Below are positions 19,681 to 27,931 of a DNA stretch of 37,640 nucleotides, one piece after another (positions within the stretch are counted from its first letter, which is position 1; every line of letters begins with the position of its first letter). Under the pieces are notes generated by a model. It saw nothing but the letters and a program-made list of their open reading frames with translations. It was not told where the DNA came from and searched no databases. Where the stretch lies: IMG/VR virus record IMGVR_UViG_3300049165_000077, positions 1 through 37,640 of that record. One strand, written 5' to 3'. The translations under genes and the position numbers were made by a program. This DNA comes from a virus (taxonomy: Duplodnaviria > Caudoviricetes).

Positions 19681-20702
19681 TGGTGTTCTCTGATGCTGCC
19701 GCCCCGGATGCGGGTGGCCGCGATATGCATGCTGATCGCCGCCGTAACCAGCAGGGCCGCACCGCCCGCACCTCTGAAGCCACCACGATCGGCACTGGTG
19801 GTGTCGTCGTCGAAAACGGCGCCGACATCACGCTCGACGGCGGCGGTCTCCTCGCCGTCCAGGGCGGATCCCGCATCGTCGTCCGGTACCCCTCTGGGGG
19901 GGATGCCGCCTACTTCGGGTACATCGGCAACTCCACAGGCGTCATCGCCTACGGGATGCTGATGTTCGACGAGGAAGGCAACAACGTCTTCCGAATCCAG
20001 GACACCGCAGGCGGTTCCCAGGTCATCGTCGGCGGGGTCACTCCTGCAGCGTCGTTCCAGGCGTACGCCGACGAATTGGACTTCCGCTCGGAAACGGTGG
20101 ACATCCGCGGCACCGGGACCGTCAACATTTTCGCTGAGGGCACCGATTTCGCGCAGCTCCTCTCGCTCGGCGGTCAGGCCGCGATCGGCGGCGTCACCGG
20201 CACGTTTATCCGGCCGCAGTCCGGTTCGGGGACGGCGAACGTCCGCATGGACACGACGACCGGCCAGATCACGTGGGTGTCGTCGACTGAGCGGGTCAAG
20301 ACCGACATCCGCGACCTCGATGTCGACCCTGCGGTGGTGCTGCAGTTGCGGCCGCGGACGTGGCTGCCGGGGCCGGCTCCGATGCAGTGCCCTGAATGGG
20401 CGCACGCCCAGCACACGGCGGATGAGTGCAGGGCTGGTGAACTCGTCGCCCCGCCTGAGGATGCGCCGCGCGAGGTCGGGTTCGTCGCGGAGGAGCTTGA
20501 TGCGCTGGGTCTGAGCGACTTCGTGGAGTACGACGCGGAGGGCCTGCCGGTGTCGATCCGCTACGACCGGGTGTCGGCCGCGCTTGTCCCGGTCGTGCAG
20601 CAGCAAGCCGAGCAGATCACCGCGCTCCAGGAGTCCCTCACGGCGCTCACTGAGCGCGTCGCAGCCCTCGAACCCACTGCCCCAGTTGAGGAGACGCCAT
20701 GA
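19677..20702 (+). CDS. tail fibre/spike with C-terminal intramolecular chaperone (peptidase S74-like)
   Basis: SSTERVKTDI...LRPRTW...GFVAEEL...IRYDRV followed by a coiled coil. Confidence 0.85.
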   Translation: MMVFSDAAAPDAGGRDMHADRRRNQQGRTARTSEATTIGTGGVVVENGADITLDGGGLLAVQGGSRIVVRYPSGGDAAYFGYIGNSTGVIAYGMLMFDEEGNNVFRIQDTAGGSQVIVGGVTPAASFQAYADELDFRSETVDIRGTGTVNIFAEGTDFAQLLSLGGQAAIGGVTGTFIRPQSGSGTANVRMDTTTGQITWVSSTERVKTDIRDLDVDPAVVLQLRPRTWLPGPAPMQCPEWAHAQHTADECRAGELVAPPEDAPREVGFVAEELDALGLSDFVEYDAEGLPVSIRYDRVSAALVPVVQQQAEQITALQESLTALTERVAALEPTAPVEETP

Positions 20703-21739
20703 CGTACGCTCCCGCATCCATCAAGGCCGCCCAGGTGTACCTGCGCGCACAGACCGGACTCCCCTGGGTGTCCTTGGGGATCATCGGCGACGAAGCCCAC
20801 CGCGGCGGCTACCACTGCGGGTGGGACCGACGCCGGATCGTCAAAGGGGTCCTGTCCGACTACGCATGGACGGAGTCCACTCGCGACTCAGGTCACCGCA
20901 CTGACGCTGCCTCGGCTCTCGACATCGGAAAGTTCACGAAGGGCAACAAGAACCTCCGCACGTTCAGTGTCTGGCTGGTCCAGCAGTGCAAGGCCGGGAC
21001 CGCCGACACGAAGGACATCCGCGAGGTCATCTACTCGCCCGACGGGAAAACCGTCAAACGGTGGGACCGGTTGGGGAAGCGCACATCCGGCGACGACTCC
21101 CACCTAGACCACACCCACATCAGCTACCACCGCGACTCGGAAGCCCGCGACAAGGTCGGGCTGTTCAAGCGCTACTTCGAAGGCGGTTCTGCCCCCTCGC
21201 TGCCATCGAGCGTGGCGGAGCCGACGCTCCGCGAAGGCGACGAAGGCACCGAGGTCGGCAAGCTCCAATCAAACCTCAACGAGGCTGTCGACGCTCGCCT
21301 GGCCGTCGACAGGGACTACGGCCCGGCCACCACCGCTGCGGTCAAGACCCTGCAACGCCTCGCCCGTATCACCGAAGACGGCATCTACGGAGACGACTCC
21401 GCGGCTGCCCTGAGAGCCCTACTGGAGGATGACATGCCGAGCGCAATCGACGTGTGGAGCTACACGAACGAGAAGCTGACGAAGGAGGACGCGTACGCGC
21501 ATCTGCGCGGCACTCGCGCGGATGTGCGTGCGATCCGATCGGGCCAGGCCGCGATCCTCGCGGCAGTGCAAGGCCTGGACACCGAAGCGATCCTCGCCGC
21601 GATCAACACGGCCGCCACCGCCGACGCCGAGCGCGACGCCGCCCTCCTCGCTGAGCTCCGCGACCTCGCCTCCGGCGGGGCTACTGCGCAGGAGATCGTC
21701 GACCAGCTCGCAGTGCGGCTGTCCGGGGCCGGCGAGTAG
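20699..21739 (+). CDS. endolysin: Zn-peptidase-like catalytic domain plus peptidoglycan-binding domain
   Basis: GDEAH..GYH, SALDIG, HLDHTHISY; PG-binding repeat LREGDEGTEVGKLQ...DYGPATTAAVKTLQ...DGIYG. Confidence 0.85.
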   Translation: MTYAPASIKAAQVYLRAQTGLPWVSLGIIGDEAHRGGYHCGWDRRRIVKGVLSDYAWTESTRDSGHRTDAASALDIGKFTKGNKNLRTFSVWLVQQCKAGTADTKDIREVIYSPDGKTVKRWDRLGKRTSGDDSHLDHTHISYHRDSEARDKVGLFKRYFEGGSAPSLPSSVAEPTLREGDEGTEVGKLQSNLNEAVDARLAVDRDYGPATTAAVKTLQRLARITEDGIYGDDSAAALRALLEDDMPSAIDVWSYTNEKLTKEDAYAHLRGTRADVRAIRSGQAAILAAVQGLDTEAILAAINTAATADAERDAALLAELRDLASGGATAQEIVDQLAVRLSGAGE

Positions 21740-21775
21740 CCGAGTGTGCCAGCCGTGCCTAGTCAGGGGGTGATC

Positions 21776-22045
21776 GTGGCCGATGAAGCAATCGGACGCG
21801 AGATCCGACAGCTCCGCGCGGACCTCAAAGAGGACCTCGTCGAGATCAAGGGACAGCTCAGTTCGCTCCTGCCACGCGAGGTATACAACGCCAACCACGA
21901 GGCACTCAAATACCGCGTGGCGACGTTGGAGACCGAGATAAAGCGGGCCGAGTCCGAGCGGACAGCAGCGCGCAGGTGGGCTATCGCGAGTGTCGTCCTG
22001 CCAGTGGTCTCTATGACGGTCATGATCATTCTGGCGGTCACATGA
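21776..22045 (+). CDS. lysis-cassette membrane protein (coiled coil plus C-terminal TM)
   Basis: Follows endolysin; RRWAIASVVLPVVSMTVMIILAVT transmembrane segment. Confidence 0.7.
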   Translation: MADEAIGREIRQLRADLKEDLVEIKGQLSSLLPREVYNANHEALKYRVATLETEIKRAESERTAARRWAIASVVLPVVSMTVMIILAVT

Positions 22046-22737
22046 GCCGCATTGCGAGACGCCGCCTCGGAGACTGGGCGGTGGCGGCAGTGTGCGCGAT
22101 GGTCGCGATTGTGGCGACGTGGACGTTCGCTCAAGTCGCCCGTCAATCGGAGGAGATGGCGCACCAGTCGGAGCAGATCAATGCTCTAGCTGAGGCGCTG
22201 TCGGCTGAGCAGGAGGCCGCGGAGAACCGCGGTGAGACTCCGGTCGCGCCCGAGCCGGACGAGCTGATCGACGACCCAGATGCTGTAGCGCCCACGCCGG
22301 TGGGTCCTTCGGATGAGCAGGTTCTCGAAGCTGTTGAGGCGTATTTCCGGGCGCATCCTGTCGAGGACGGCGAGGACGCCAGTCCGGCGCAGATCGCTGC
22401 GGCGGTGCTCAACTACTTGGCGGATCATCCACCAGCGCCAGGTGAACCGGGTCCGCCACCGACTGAGGGGCAGATTCTTGAAGCGGTCGCCGTGTACTTC
22501 GCGGCTAACCCTCCCCCGTCCGGTCCCCCAGGGAGGGATGGGACCGATGGTTCTGACGGTAAGGATGCCGAGCCGCTGACGTCCGAACGGATCCAGGCTG
22601 AGTTGGCGGCCTACTTCGAGGCGCACCCGATCCAACGGTGCGACCCGGGGTGGGAGTACGGGGTGATCACGGTCCTGACGACAGGTCCGCCGACTGACAT
22701 CAGTACGTGTATCCCGGCTGGTTCGACAGCGGACTAA
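22042..22737 (+). CDS. N-anchored membrane protein with four helical repeats and collagen-like linkers
   Basis: N-terminal TM; 4x Q/RI..AV..Y...HP/NP repeat; GEPGPP and GPPGRDG linkers; ATGA coupling. Confidence 0.75.
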   Translation: MSRIARRRLGDWAVAAVCAMVAIVATWTFAQVARQSEEMAHQSEQINALAEALSAEQEAAENRGETPVAPEPDELIDDPDAVAPTPVGPSDEQVLEAVEAYFRAHPVEDGEDASPAQIAAAVLNYLADHPPAPGEPGPPPTEGQILEAVAVYFAANPPPSGPPGRDGTDGSDGKDAEPLTSERIQAELAAYFEAHPIQRCDPGWEYGVITVLTTGPPTDISTCIPAGSTAD

Positions 22738-23021
22738 TCCTGTCCGGTCTCAACGAACACAAACGGCCGGTTGAGCACCTGGGCGGCGGCGGCCATGACC
22801 GCGCGCGCCACATGGAGTGCGTCCCCTTCCGTGTCGTAGACCTGTGCCTTCGCTGGCCCGACAGTCGGGTGGTGCTGACGCTCGACGTACCAGCGGCCGT
22901 CGTCGAGTTCCCCCGCGGCGACGACGCACCGGTCCCATGGAGCGACCCCCGCCGACTCCCAGCGTCGGCGCGTGCCGCGCACGGCGTGGTCCCTGATCAG
23001 CGTCCCAACATCTTCCGACAT
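22734..23021 (-). CDS. hypothetical protein, leaderless, candidate SOS-regulated
   Basis: 95 aa ORF; TAAATT -10 seven nt before ATG; LexA-like box overlaps the start codon. Confidence 0.65.
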   Translation of the reverse strand: MSEDVGTLIRDHAVRGTRRRWESAGVAPWDRCVVAAGELDDGRWYVERQHHPTVGPAKAQVYDTEGDALHVARAVMAAAAQVLNRPFVFVETGQD

Positions 23022-23029
23022 ACGTTCGA
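23014..23029. promoter_or_regulatory. actinobacterial LexA (SOS) box-like site
   Basis: Minus strand TCGAAC-GTAT-GTCGGA versus consensus TCGAAC-N4-GTTCGA (2 mismatches). Confidence 0.55.
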
Positions 23030-23048
23030 ATTTACCAAGGAGAATCCC

Positions 23049-23327
23049 ATGTCCAACGAACAGCGCACCGCCATCTATGGTGTCGTCGCGGCCCTACTGG
23101 CCGCGGCTGGCTCCTTCGGTCTCATCACCGCTGAGGAGGCGGAGCAGTACGGTGTCTCCGCGGTCGCCATCCTCGGTGCACTCACGCAGGTCCTCTCGGC
23201 CGTGAAGACCTGGAAGCAGCGTGGCTCCAGCGCGAACGTGACCGTCCGAGTGGAGGCTGCTAACGCCGAGAACGCAGAGGCATTCGCCGCCGCACTGCGG
23301 AACCTGGACTTCCGAAACGCCGTCTAG
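23049..23327 (+). CDS. holin
   Basis: AAGGAG RBS; RTAIYGVVAALLAAAGSFGLIT.E..., two TM helices, actinophage holin pattern. Confidence 0.8.
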   Translation: MSNEQRTAIYGVVAALLAAAGSFGLITAEEAEQYGVSAVAILGALTQVLSAVKTWKQRGSSANVTVRVEAANAENAEAFAAALRNLDFRNAV

Positions 23328-23402
23328 ACCTCCGCCGAGTAGGCTAGAGAGGACTGGCCCCCGGGCCGCCGCCCTGGTGGGGCGGCGGCTCTCAGCCACT
23401 AA

Positions 23403-23434
23403 AGAGCCCCACCGTCTTCGGACGGTGGGGCTCT
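23403..23434. terminator. bidirectional intrinsic terminator
   Basis: Perfect 14-bp stem agagccccaccgtc/gacggtggggctct with a cUUCGg loop, between convergent holin and ligase genes. Confidence 0.85.
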
Positions 23435-23454
23435 CGTCGTGTCCTACAGGAGGC

Positions 23455-24330
23455 CTACTCGAGCTGGTCTAGCCGGGGCCGGACGAACCGAGGATGCCGC
23501 AACCGCCCACCCGGACTCCGCGACGCCGCGGTCACCTCAACCTGCAGTGCCGGTCGCACCCACTGCACCCCAACGGGCGCAACGGCGACAGGAACCGGCG
23601 GCGACGGTACTGCCAGCGGTGCGAGCACTTCCAGCAGGGAACTCGGAGCGGTACAGCGGCCCGTGTGGACCAGGCCGCCCGGTCCCGGCTCGGCGAGGAA
23701 CAGCGAGAGCCCGCCGGCGGAGGTCCGGCGCCAGCCGATGACAACCGCGTCGATGATCCCCTCATGCCGGTGCTTGATCCAGGCGCGGGAGCGGCGGCTG
23801 ACGTACTTGCTGGTCAGCTTCTTAGCGACTACTCCCTCCAGGCCGTGCTCGAGGCTAGCCGCCACGGCCGCGGCACCGTCGCTGAACGTCGGCGGCACCA
23901 GCCACAACGGAGGCAGCTCAAGGCCTTCGAGGATCGCTCGCCGTTCGATGTAGGGGCTGCCGCGGAGGTCGACGCCGTCCAGGCGCAGGACGTCGAACAC
24001 GATCACGGTCGAGGGCTGTGTCTCGGCAAGTGCCGCGGCGCGTCCTGGTCGGCCTCGGAGTCGGCTGATGACGGCACCGAAATCGGGATGCTTCCCGTCG
24101 AACACGGTGAGCTCGCCGTCGAGGATGACGTCGTCGACGGCCTCAGCCAGGGAGGCCAGCTCAGGAAACTTCGAGGGAGGCACGTCGTTGCCCTGCCGGG
24201 TCCGCATCCGCAACTGCCCGCGGTGGGTCCCGGCCACGATGCGGATGCCGTCCCACTTCATCTCGTGCGCCCACGCGGGCCCGGTCGGCAGAGGCCCCGC
24301 GGTGGGCAGCATCGGTGCAGGCAGATCCAC
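23455..24330 (-). CDS. ATP-dependent DNA ligase (LigD/LigC-type ligase plus OB domain)
   Basis: APML, WAHEMKWDGIR (KxDG), ILDGEL, FDVL, EGVVAKK..S.Y...RSRAWIK, LRHPRF; GTG start at 24330 inferred. Confidence 0.9.
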   Translation of the reverse strand: MDLPAPMLPTAGPLPTGPAWAHEMKWDGIRIVAGTHRGQLRMRTRQGNDVPPSKFPELASLAEAVDDVILDGELTVFDGKHPDFGAVISRLRGRPGRAAALAETQPSTVIVFDVLRLDGVDLRGSPYIERRAILEGLELPPLWLVPPTFSDGAAAVAASLEHGLEGVVAKKLTSKYVSRRSRAWIKHRHEGIIDAVVIGWRRTSAGGLSLFLAEPGPGGLVHTGRCTAPSSLLEVLAPLAVPSPPVPVAVAPVGVQWVRPALQVEVTAASRSPGGRLRHPRFVRPRLDQLE

Positions 24331-24350
24331 AACCCCAGCGTAAGACCGAT

Positions 24351-24388
24351 GAAAGACGAAGACCTCCGCTTCCCGAGGGAGGCGGGGG
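24351..24388 (-). terminator. intrinsic terminator ending the Phd operon
   Basis: cctccgcttccc/gggaggcggggg stem followed on the minus strand by TCTTCGTCTTT. Confidence 0.65.
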
Positions 24389-24508
24389 CCGTTCCTGTGC
24401 GAGCCGACCGATCCCACCAGACCAAGAACCGACCACGCACGTCGAGGCTAACCCGCCGGGGCGGATCGGCAGGGTTGACACGCCGGGACGAACTGAGGGG
24501 TCCTACAG

Positions 24509-24979
24509 CTAGCCCGCCAGAACAGGCAGCATGTCGCTGTAGACCGGGACCAAGTCCCCAACGAGGCCGAACCCGTCCATGAAGTAGACCGTCGAGTGAC
24601 CGAGCTCAGCAGGCTCGAACTGGACACCGGCGGAAGGGACGATGAGGTGCAGAGACTGCGCGCCATACAGCGGCGGGAATTCGGTACCGGGAGTCTCGGC
24701 CAGCACCCACCAGTCGGCCTGGGCCCGCGCGAACGGGTAGTCGTAGACGTGGCTGGGCTCGCCGCCCCGCTGGAGGTACCCGATCATCCACGCGGTGTAC
24801 TCCATGAGGGTCGCGGGCTGGCAGTGCGTCAAGAATTGCCGTCGGTCAGCTGCCGCATTCTCGAACCGGAGACGTTGCTCTTCAAGGTGCGCTTCCCACT
24901 CTGCGTCTTCCCGCTTTTTCCGGCCGAGGGCACGTATCAGGCCGTCCATCCCAGGCGGCGGCGTGTAGTCGTCTTCCAT
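24509..24979 (-). CDS. hypothetical protein
   Basis: 156 aa, protein-like composition, GAGG RBS, 12 nt after the upstream stop. Confidence 0.7.
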   Translation of the reverse strand: MEDDYTPPPGMDGLIRALGRKKREDAEWEAHLEEQRLRFENAAADRRQFLTHCQPATLMEYTAWMIGYLQRGGEPSHVYDYPFARAQADWWVLAETPGTEFPPLYGAQSLHLIVPSAGVQFEPAELGHSTVYFMDGFGLVGDLVPVYSDMLPVLAG

Positions 24980-24991
24980 GGTCTGATCCTC

Positions 24992-25753
24992 TCAGAGTTC
25001 GGTGTGTGCCGCGGTTTCGGCGCGGACCATGTGGGCGAGTGCCGCGCCCATCCCGAGCACTGCCACCGGCAGACAAGCGACGCCAGCGGTGATCCACCAC
25101 GGCGCGACACCGACTCCGGCGGCGGCCATCACGTGGTAGGCGATCTGCCCGAGCGCGCCCACAGCCATCGCGGCAATCGCCGAGTTCCGCGCCATCCGCC
25201 GCGCCTTGCCGCGCGCTTTCCCCGACAGCCACACGTACAGCGCGTACGCCGCGTACGTCTCCATGCCGATCGGGAGTGTGATCGCGGAGTTGATAACGAC
25301 CTGATCAGCGATGCCGGGGAGGAGGCGGACGGGCCCGAATCCGGCGAGTTCGCCGAGGCCGACCCAGCCTCCCCAGATGGCGACGGCGGCGGGGGCCATG
25401 AGGAGCCACACCGGCCAGACCGTGATGGGCTTGCGGGGCACGGCAACGGCGGCAGGAGCCTCGGCGTGCCGGGCTGCCGGGACGGCAACCGGGGAAGGCG
25501 GGGTCACGGCCGGGGGCGTCCAGACCGGCGGCAGGCACGGTTCCGTGTCGGGCAGGACGGGGCTGGGCTCCTCGGTGGCCTCGGCGATGCGGAGGCGGCC
25601 CCACCGTTCGGAGCGGTGGAACTTCTCGCCGAGTTCGGCGCCGGTCATCTGGTAGCCGAGTTCGAGGTTCGCGAGGTAGTGCTCTCGGGCGCGGGCCTGG
25701 AGCTCTTGGGGCGTGATGGTGTCGAGGTCGTCGAGGGTGAGGACGTCTACCAT
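24992..25753 (-). CDS. HTH plus multi-TM membrane protein (Spd/DUF2637-like spread-protein family)
   Basis: AGGAG RBS; N-terminal TGAELGEKFHRSERWGR HTH; PAAVAIWGGWVGLG...TLPIGMETYAAYAL...GQIAYH...LPVAVLGMGAALAH TM block. Confidence 0.7.
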   Translation of the reverse strand: MVDVLTLDDLDTITPQELQARAREHYLANLELGYQMTGAELGEKFHRSERWGRLRIAEATEEPSPVLPDTEPCLPPVWTPPAVTPPSPVAVPAARHAEAPAAVAVPRKPITVWPVWLLMAPAAVAIWGGWVGLGELAGFGPVRLLPGIADQVVINSAITLPIGMETYAAYALYVWLSGKARGKARRMARNSAIAAMAVGALGQIAYHVMAAAGVGVAPWWITAGVACLPVAVLGMGAALAHMVRAETAAHTEL

Positions 25754-25830
25754 GGGTTTACTCCTGTTTCGGATGGGAGAGGGCGGCCCGGGGATCTGTG
25801 GAAGGTGACCCGGGCTGCCCGTTGTCGTGT

Positions 25831-26232
25831 CTATCGCTTGAATTCGGCCTCGACCTCGTGCCAGTAGCACTCGCCGTCGGGCTCGGCACCGAGGTCGGGT
25901 TCTTCGCCAGACCAGACGCGGACGCGCCAGCCGTCGCCCTCGGCAAGGTCCTGGTGGCGAGCGGTGTCGCGGGCGACGTCGGCAGCATCGGCGTAACCCA
26001 TCTCGGCGGCGACGGCCTCGCTGATGGTCTCGGGGGTGGGGTCCATGGTCTGCCAGATCTCGCCATCGTCGGTGGCCTGGATCTCGACTGTGTACATGGT
26101 CGTCTCCTTGTAGGGGGTGATCTGGGCGATGGGTTTGCCGTAGTGGGTGATGACCACGGTGCCTCCGGTGCGGACGGCCTGGAGGACTTCGGCTGCCTTG
26201 CGTGGGAGTTCGGAGGCTTTGATCGTGTTCAT
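25831..26232 (-). CDS. Phd/YefM-type DNA-binding domain fused to an acidic unknown domain
   Basis: MNTIKASELPRKAAEVLQAV..G.TVVITHYGKPIAQITP is a Phd signature; leaderless promoter upstream. Confidence 0.8.
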   Translation of the reverse strand: MNTIKASELPRKAAEVLQAVRTGGTVVITHYGKPIAQITPYKETTMYTVEIQATDDGEIWQTMDPTPETISEAVAAEMGYADAADVARDTARHQDLAEGDGWRVRVWSGEEPDLGAEPDGECYWHEVEAEFKR

Positions 26233-26238
26233 GCGTCG

Positions 26239-26267
26239 ACATTACATGACTTACATAAGTTATGCAA
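26239..26267 (-). promoter_or_regulatory. promoter with palindromic operator in the spacer
   Basis: TTGCAT-17-TAATGT-6-ATG; palindrome CATGACTTA-CA-TAAGTTATG at 26245-26264. Confidence 0.75.
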
Positions 26268-26295
26268 CACGGGGCGGGGTTGAGCCTCCCCGGGC

Positions 26296-26333
26296 AAGCA
26301 CGAAGCGCCCCCCGGTTGTCACCAGGGGGCGCT
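26296..26333 (-). terminator. terminator after xre/DUF397
   Basis: agcgccccc...gggggcgct stem with TTCGTGCTT tail on the minus strand. Confidence 0.6.
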
Positions 26334-26395
26334 ACTCTGGTCGAGACGTGTGGCTGTTGCCGTCGCTCTGCCTGATCCTGCCGGTCGTAGCTAGA

Positions 26396-26572
26396 TCAGC
26401 GCTGGGCGACGCGCAGCAAACTCATGAACTCCCGGGCCTCGAGTTCCAGAATCGGCGAAGCATCACCGAGCTTGGAATCTCTGAGCCCAAAGCGCCCATC
26501 TTGAGTTCGAGCTTCGACGCAGTTAGCGCCCTGGTCGCCGGAGCGACTGGACCTGCGCCACGGGGATGTCAT
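26396..26572 (-). CDS. DUF397 protein (58 aa, absent from the ORF track)
   Basis: Manual translation MTSPWRRSSRSGDQGANCVEARTQDGRFGLRDSKLGDASPILELEAREFMSLLRVAQR shows the WRxSSRS/NCVE/RDSK signature; ATGA overlap with the xre gene. Confidence 0.9.
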   Translation of the reverse strand: MTSPWRRSSRSGDQGANCVEARTQDGRFGLRDSKLGDASPILELEAREFMSLLRVAQR

Positions 26573-27396
26573 CCCAGAACCTCCTCAATTGTCACGGATT
26601 GGTGTTCCCAGGCCAGCTGGAATGCGGCTAGGTACTCAGACACTACGTGGCCCTCAACGTAGCGGCCTCCGTCGATCGCCTCGACATACGCGAACGGTCG
26701 GGATCCGGTCGCCTGCGGCAGATGCAGGATCGTGTAGGCGTTCAACATGGAGGCGTGGAACCCGGTCACCACCCGGATTTCGGCCCGCGGCATCGCCGAG
26801 ACCTCCAGCAGCCGCCGCACCTGCTCCTCCCGGATTTCGGGGTATTCGTCGAGGTACATGAGCGCGGCCCGGCTGATGAGGAACTCCATGTGCGGCATCG
26901 GTTTCCGACCGAACGAAATCTCCTGCCGCCGCGTGCGCAGCTCCCGGAGATCCTGGGCCCGCTGGGGTTCGATGGGGACTTGGGCTTCCTGGGTAGCGAG
27001 GTGGTAGGCGCGGGTCTGGAGCAGTCCGGGCAGGTACTCGAGTCCGATGGACCTGATGCGGTCTGCGATGGCCTCCGACTCGTAGAACGCCCGCAGATGC
27101 GGGGGGACGTTGTTGCCCTCGAACAGGCTCCTGCCCTTGCTGTTGATCGACAGGTTGGTCATCTGGCTGAGCTCTTCGGGGGTGGCGCGGATCTTGCCGG
27201 CCAGGGTCTCGACCGTGTGCGGCTTGGGCGCGATCTTGCCGATCTCCCAGCGGCGAATGGTTTCCGCGTCGACGCGCATCAACGCGGCCACGTCGGCCCG
27301 GGTGAGGCCGTTGCGTTCGCGCGTCTTCTGGATTAGCTGCCCGAGGGCTCGTTTGGAGACGGCCGCGGTCCCGCCGGTGTGTTCCTGTGCACTCAT
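26569..27396 (-). CDS. Xre-HTH plus DUF5753 regulator (Scr1/WhiJ-like)
   Basis: N-terminal Xre HTH (GLTRADVA...TIRRWEIG); LPGLLQTRAY...RRQ...EQVRRL...YVE DUF5753 motifs. Confidence 0.9.
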   Translation of the reverse strand: MSAQEHTGGTAAVSKRALGQLIQKTRERNGLTRADVAALMRVDAETIRRWEIGKIAPKPHTVETLAGKIRATPEELSQMTNLSINSKGRSLFEGNNVPPHLRAFYESEAIADRIRSIGLEYLPGLLQTRAYHLATQEAQVPIEPQRAQDLRELRTRRQEISFGRKPMPHMEFLISRAALMYLDEYPEIREEQVRRLLEVSAMPRAEIRVVTGFHASMLNAYTILHLPQATGSRPFAYVEAIDGGRYVEGHVVSEYLAAFQLAWEHQSVTIEEVLG

Positions 27397-27619
27397 AGTG
27401 ACAGTATGCGGCCTTCACTGTGCGGACCGCAATAAATGGGCCGCAAAATGCGGACCGCCGTGGCTCTTCACACGGGGTTGCCGACGGCTCTACCGTCAAT
27501 GTACGGCCTGCGTCACAGTACGCGGCCTGGGCTCTCGCCACACGTCGTGAGAGAGCCCGGAGCCCCGCCAGATAGCACCTGGCGGGGCTCCCATAGGCAC
27601 ACCAGAGGAGCAAGCTCTG

Positions 27620-27931
27620 ATGCACACGGACAGCGTACGGGCCGCAGGCCCACCCGATCAAGAGCCAAGACCAGTGATCGCCTCGTGGCGGACCGAGGGC
27701 TACCTGATGACGCTCGAGGACACCGGCGACCGCGGAGCCCGCATCGTCGTCACCCATCACGGCAAGAATCCCAGAGAGTACGGGAGCATCCGCTACGACG
27801 AGTCCCAATCCAGGCACTTCATCGAGTGGAATCGGTCTGGGTGCCTCGCGCTCGAGCAGTACAAACGCGACCACTGGGACACGAAGTTCTATACGGCCAT
27901 GGCGCGGCCGAAGATGGAGACCGGGTCATGA
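27620..27931 (+). CDS. hypothetical protein, divergent from xre
   Basis: GAGGAG RBS; first gene of a translationally coupled trio. Confidence 0.6.
   Translation: MHTDSVRAAGPPDQEPRPVIASWRTEGYLMTLEDTGDRGARIVVTHHGKNPREYGSIRYDESQSRHFIEWNRSGCLALEQYKRDHWDTKFYTAMARPKMETGS

Noticed and set aside
911-20717. Many long antisense or alternative-frame ORFs over the structural genes
   Set aside because: Arg/Pro-rich shadow ORFs expected at this high GC content; no RBS or recognisable motifs
23441-24508. 9-bp direct repeat gtcctacag flanking the ligase as a target-site duplication
   Set aside because: No transposase or terminal inverted repeats; a 9-mer match can arise by chance
24992-26242. 416-aa ORF as listed in the ORF track
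   Set aside because: The N-terminal part is low-complexity off-frame sequence overlapping the Phd gene; the real start is the ATG at 25753 with an AGGAG RBS
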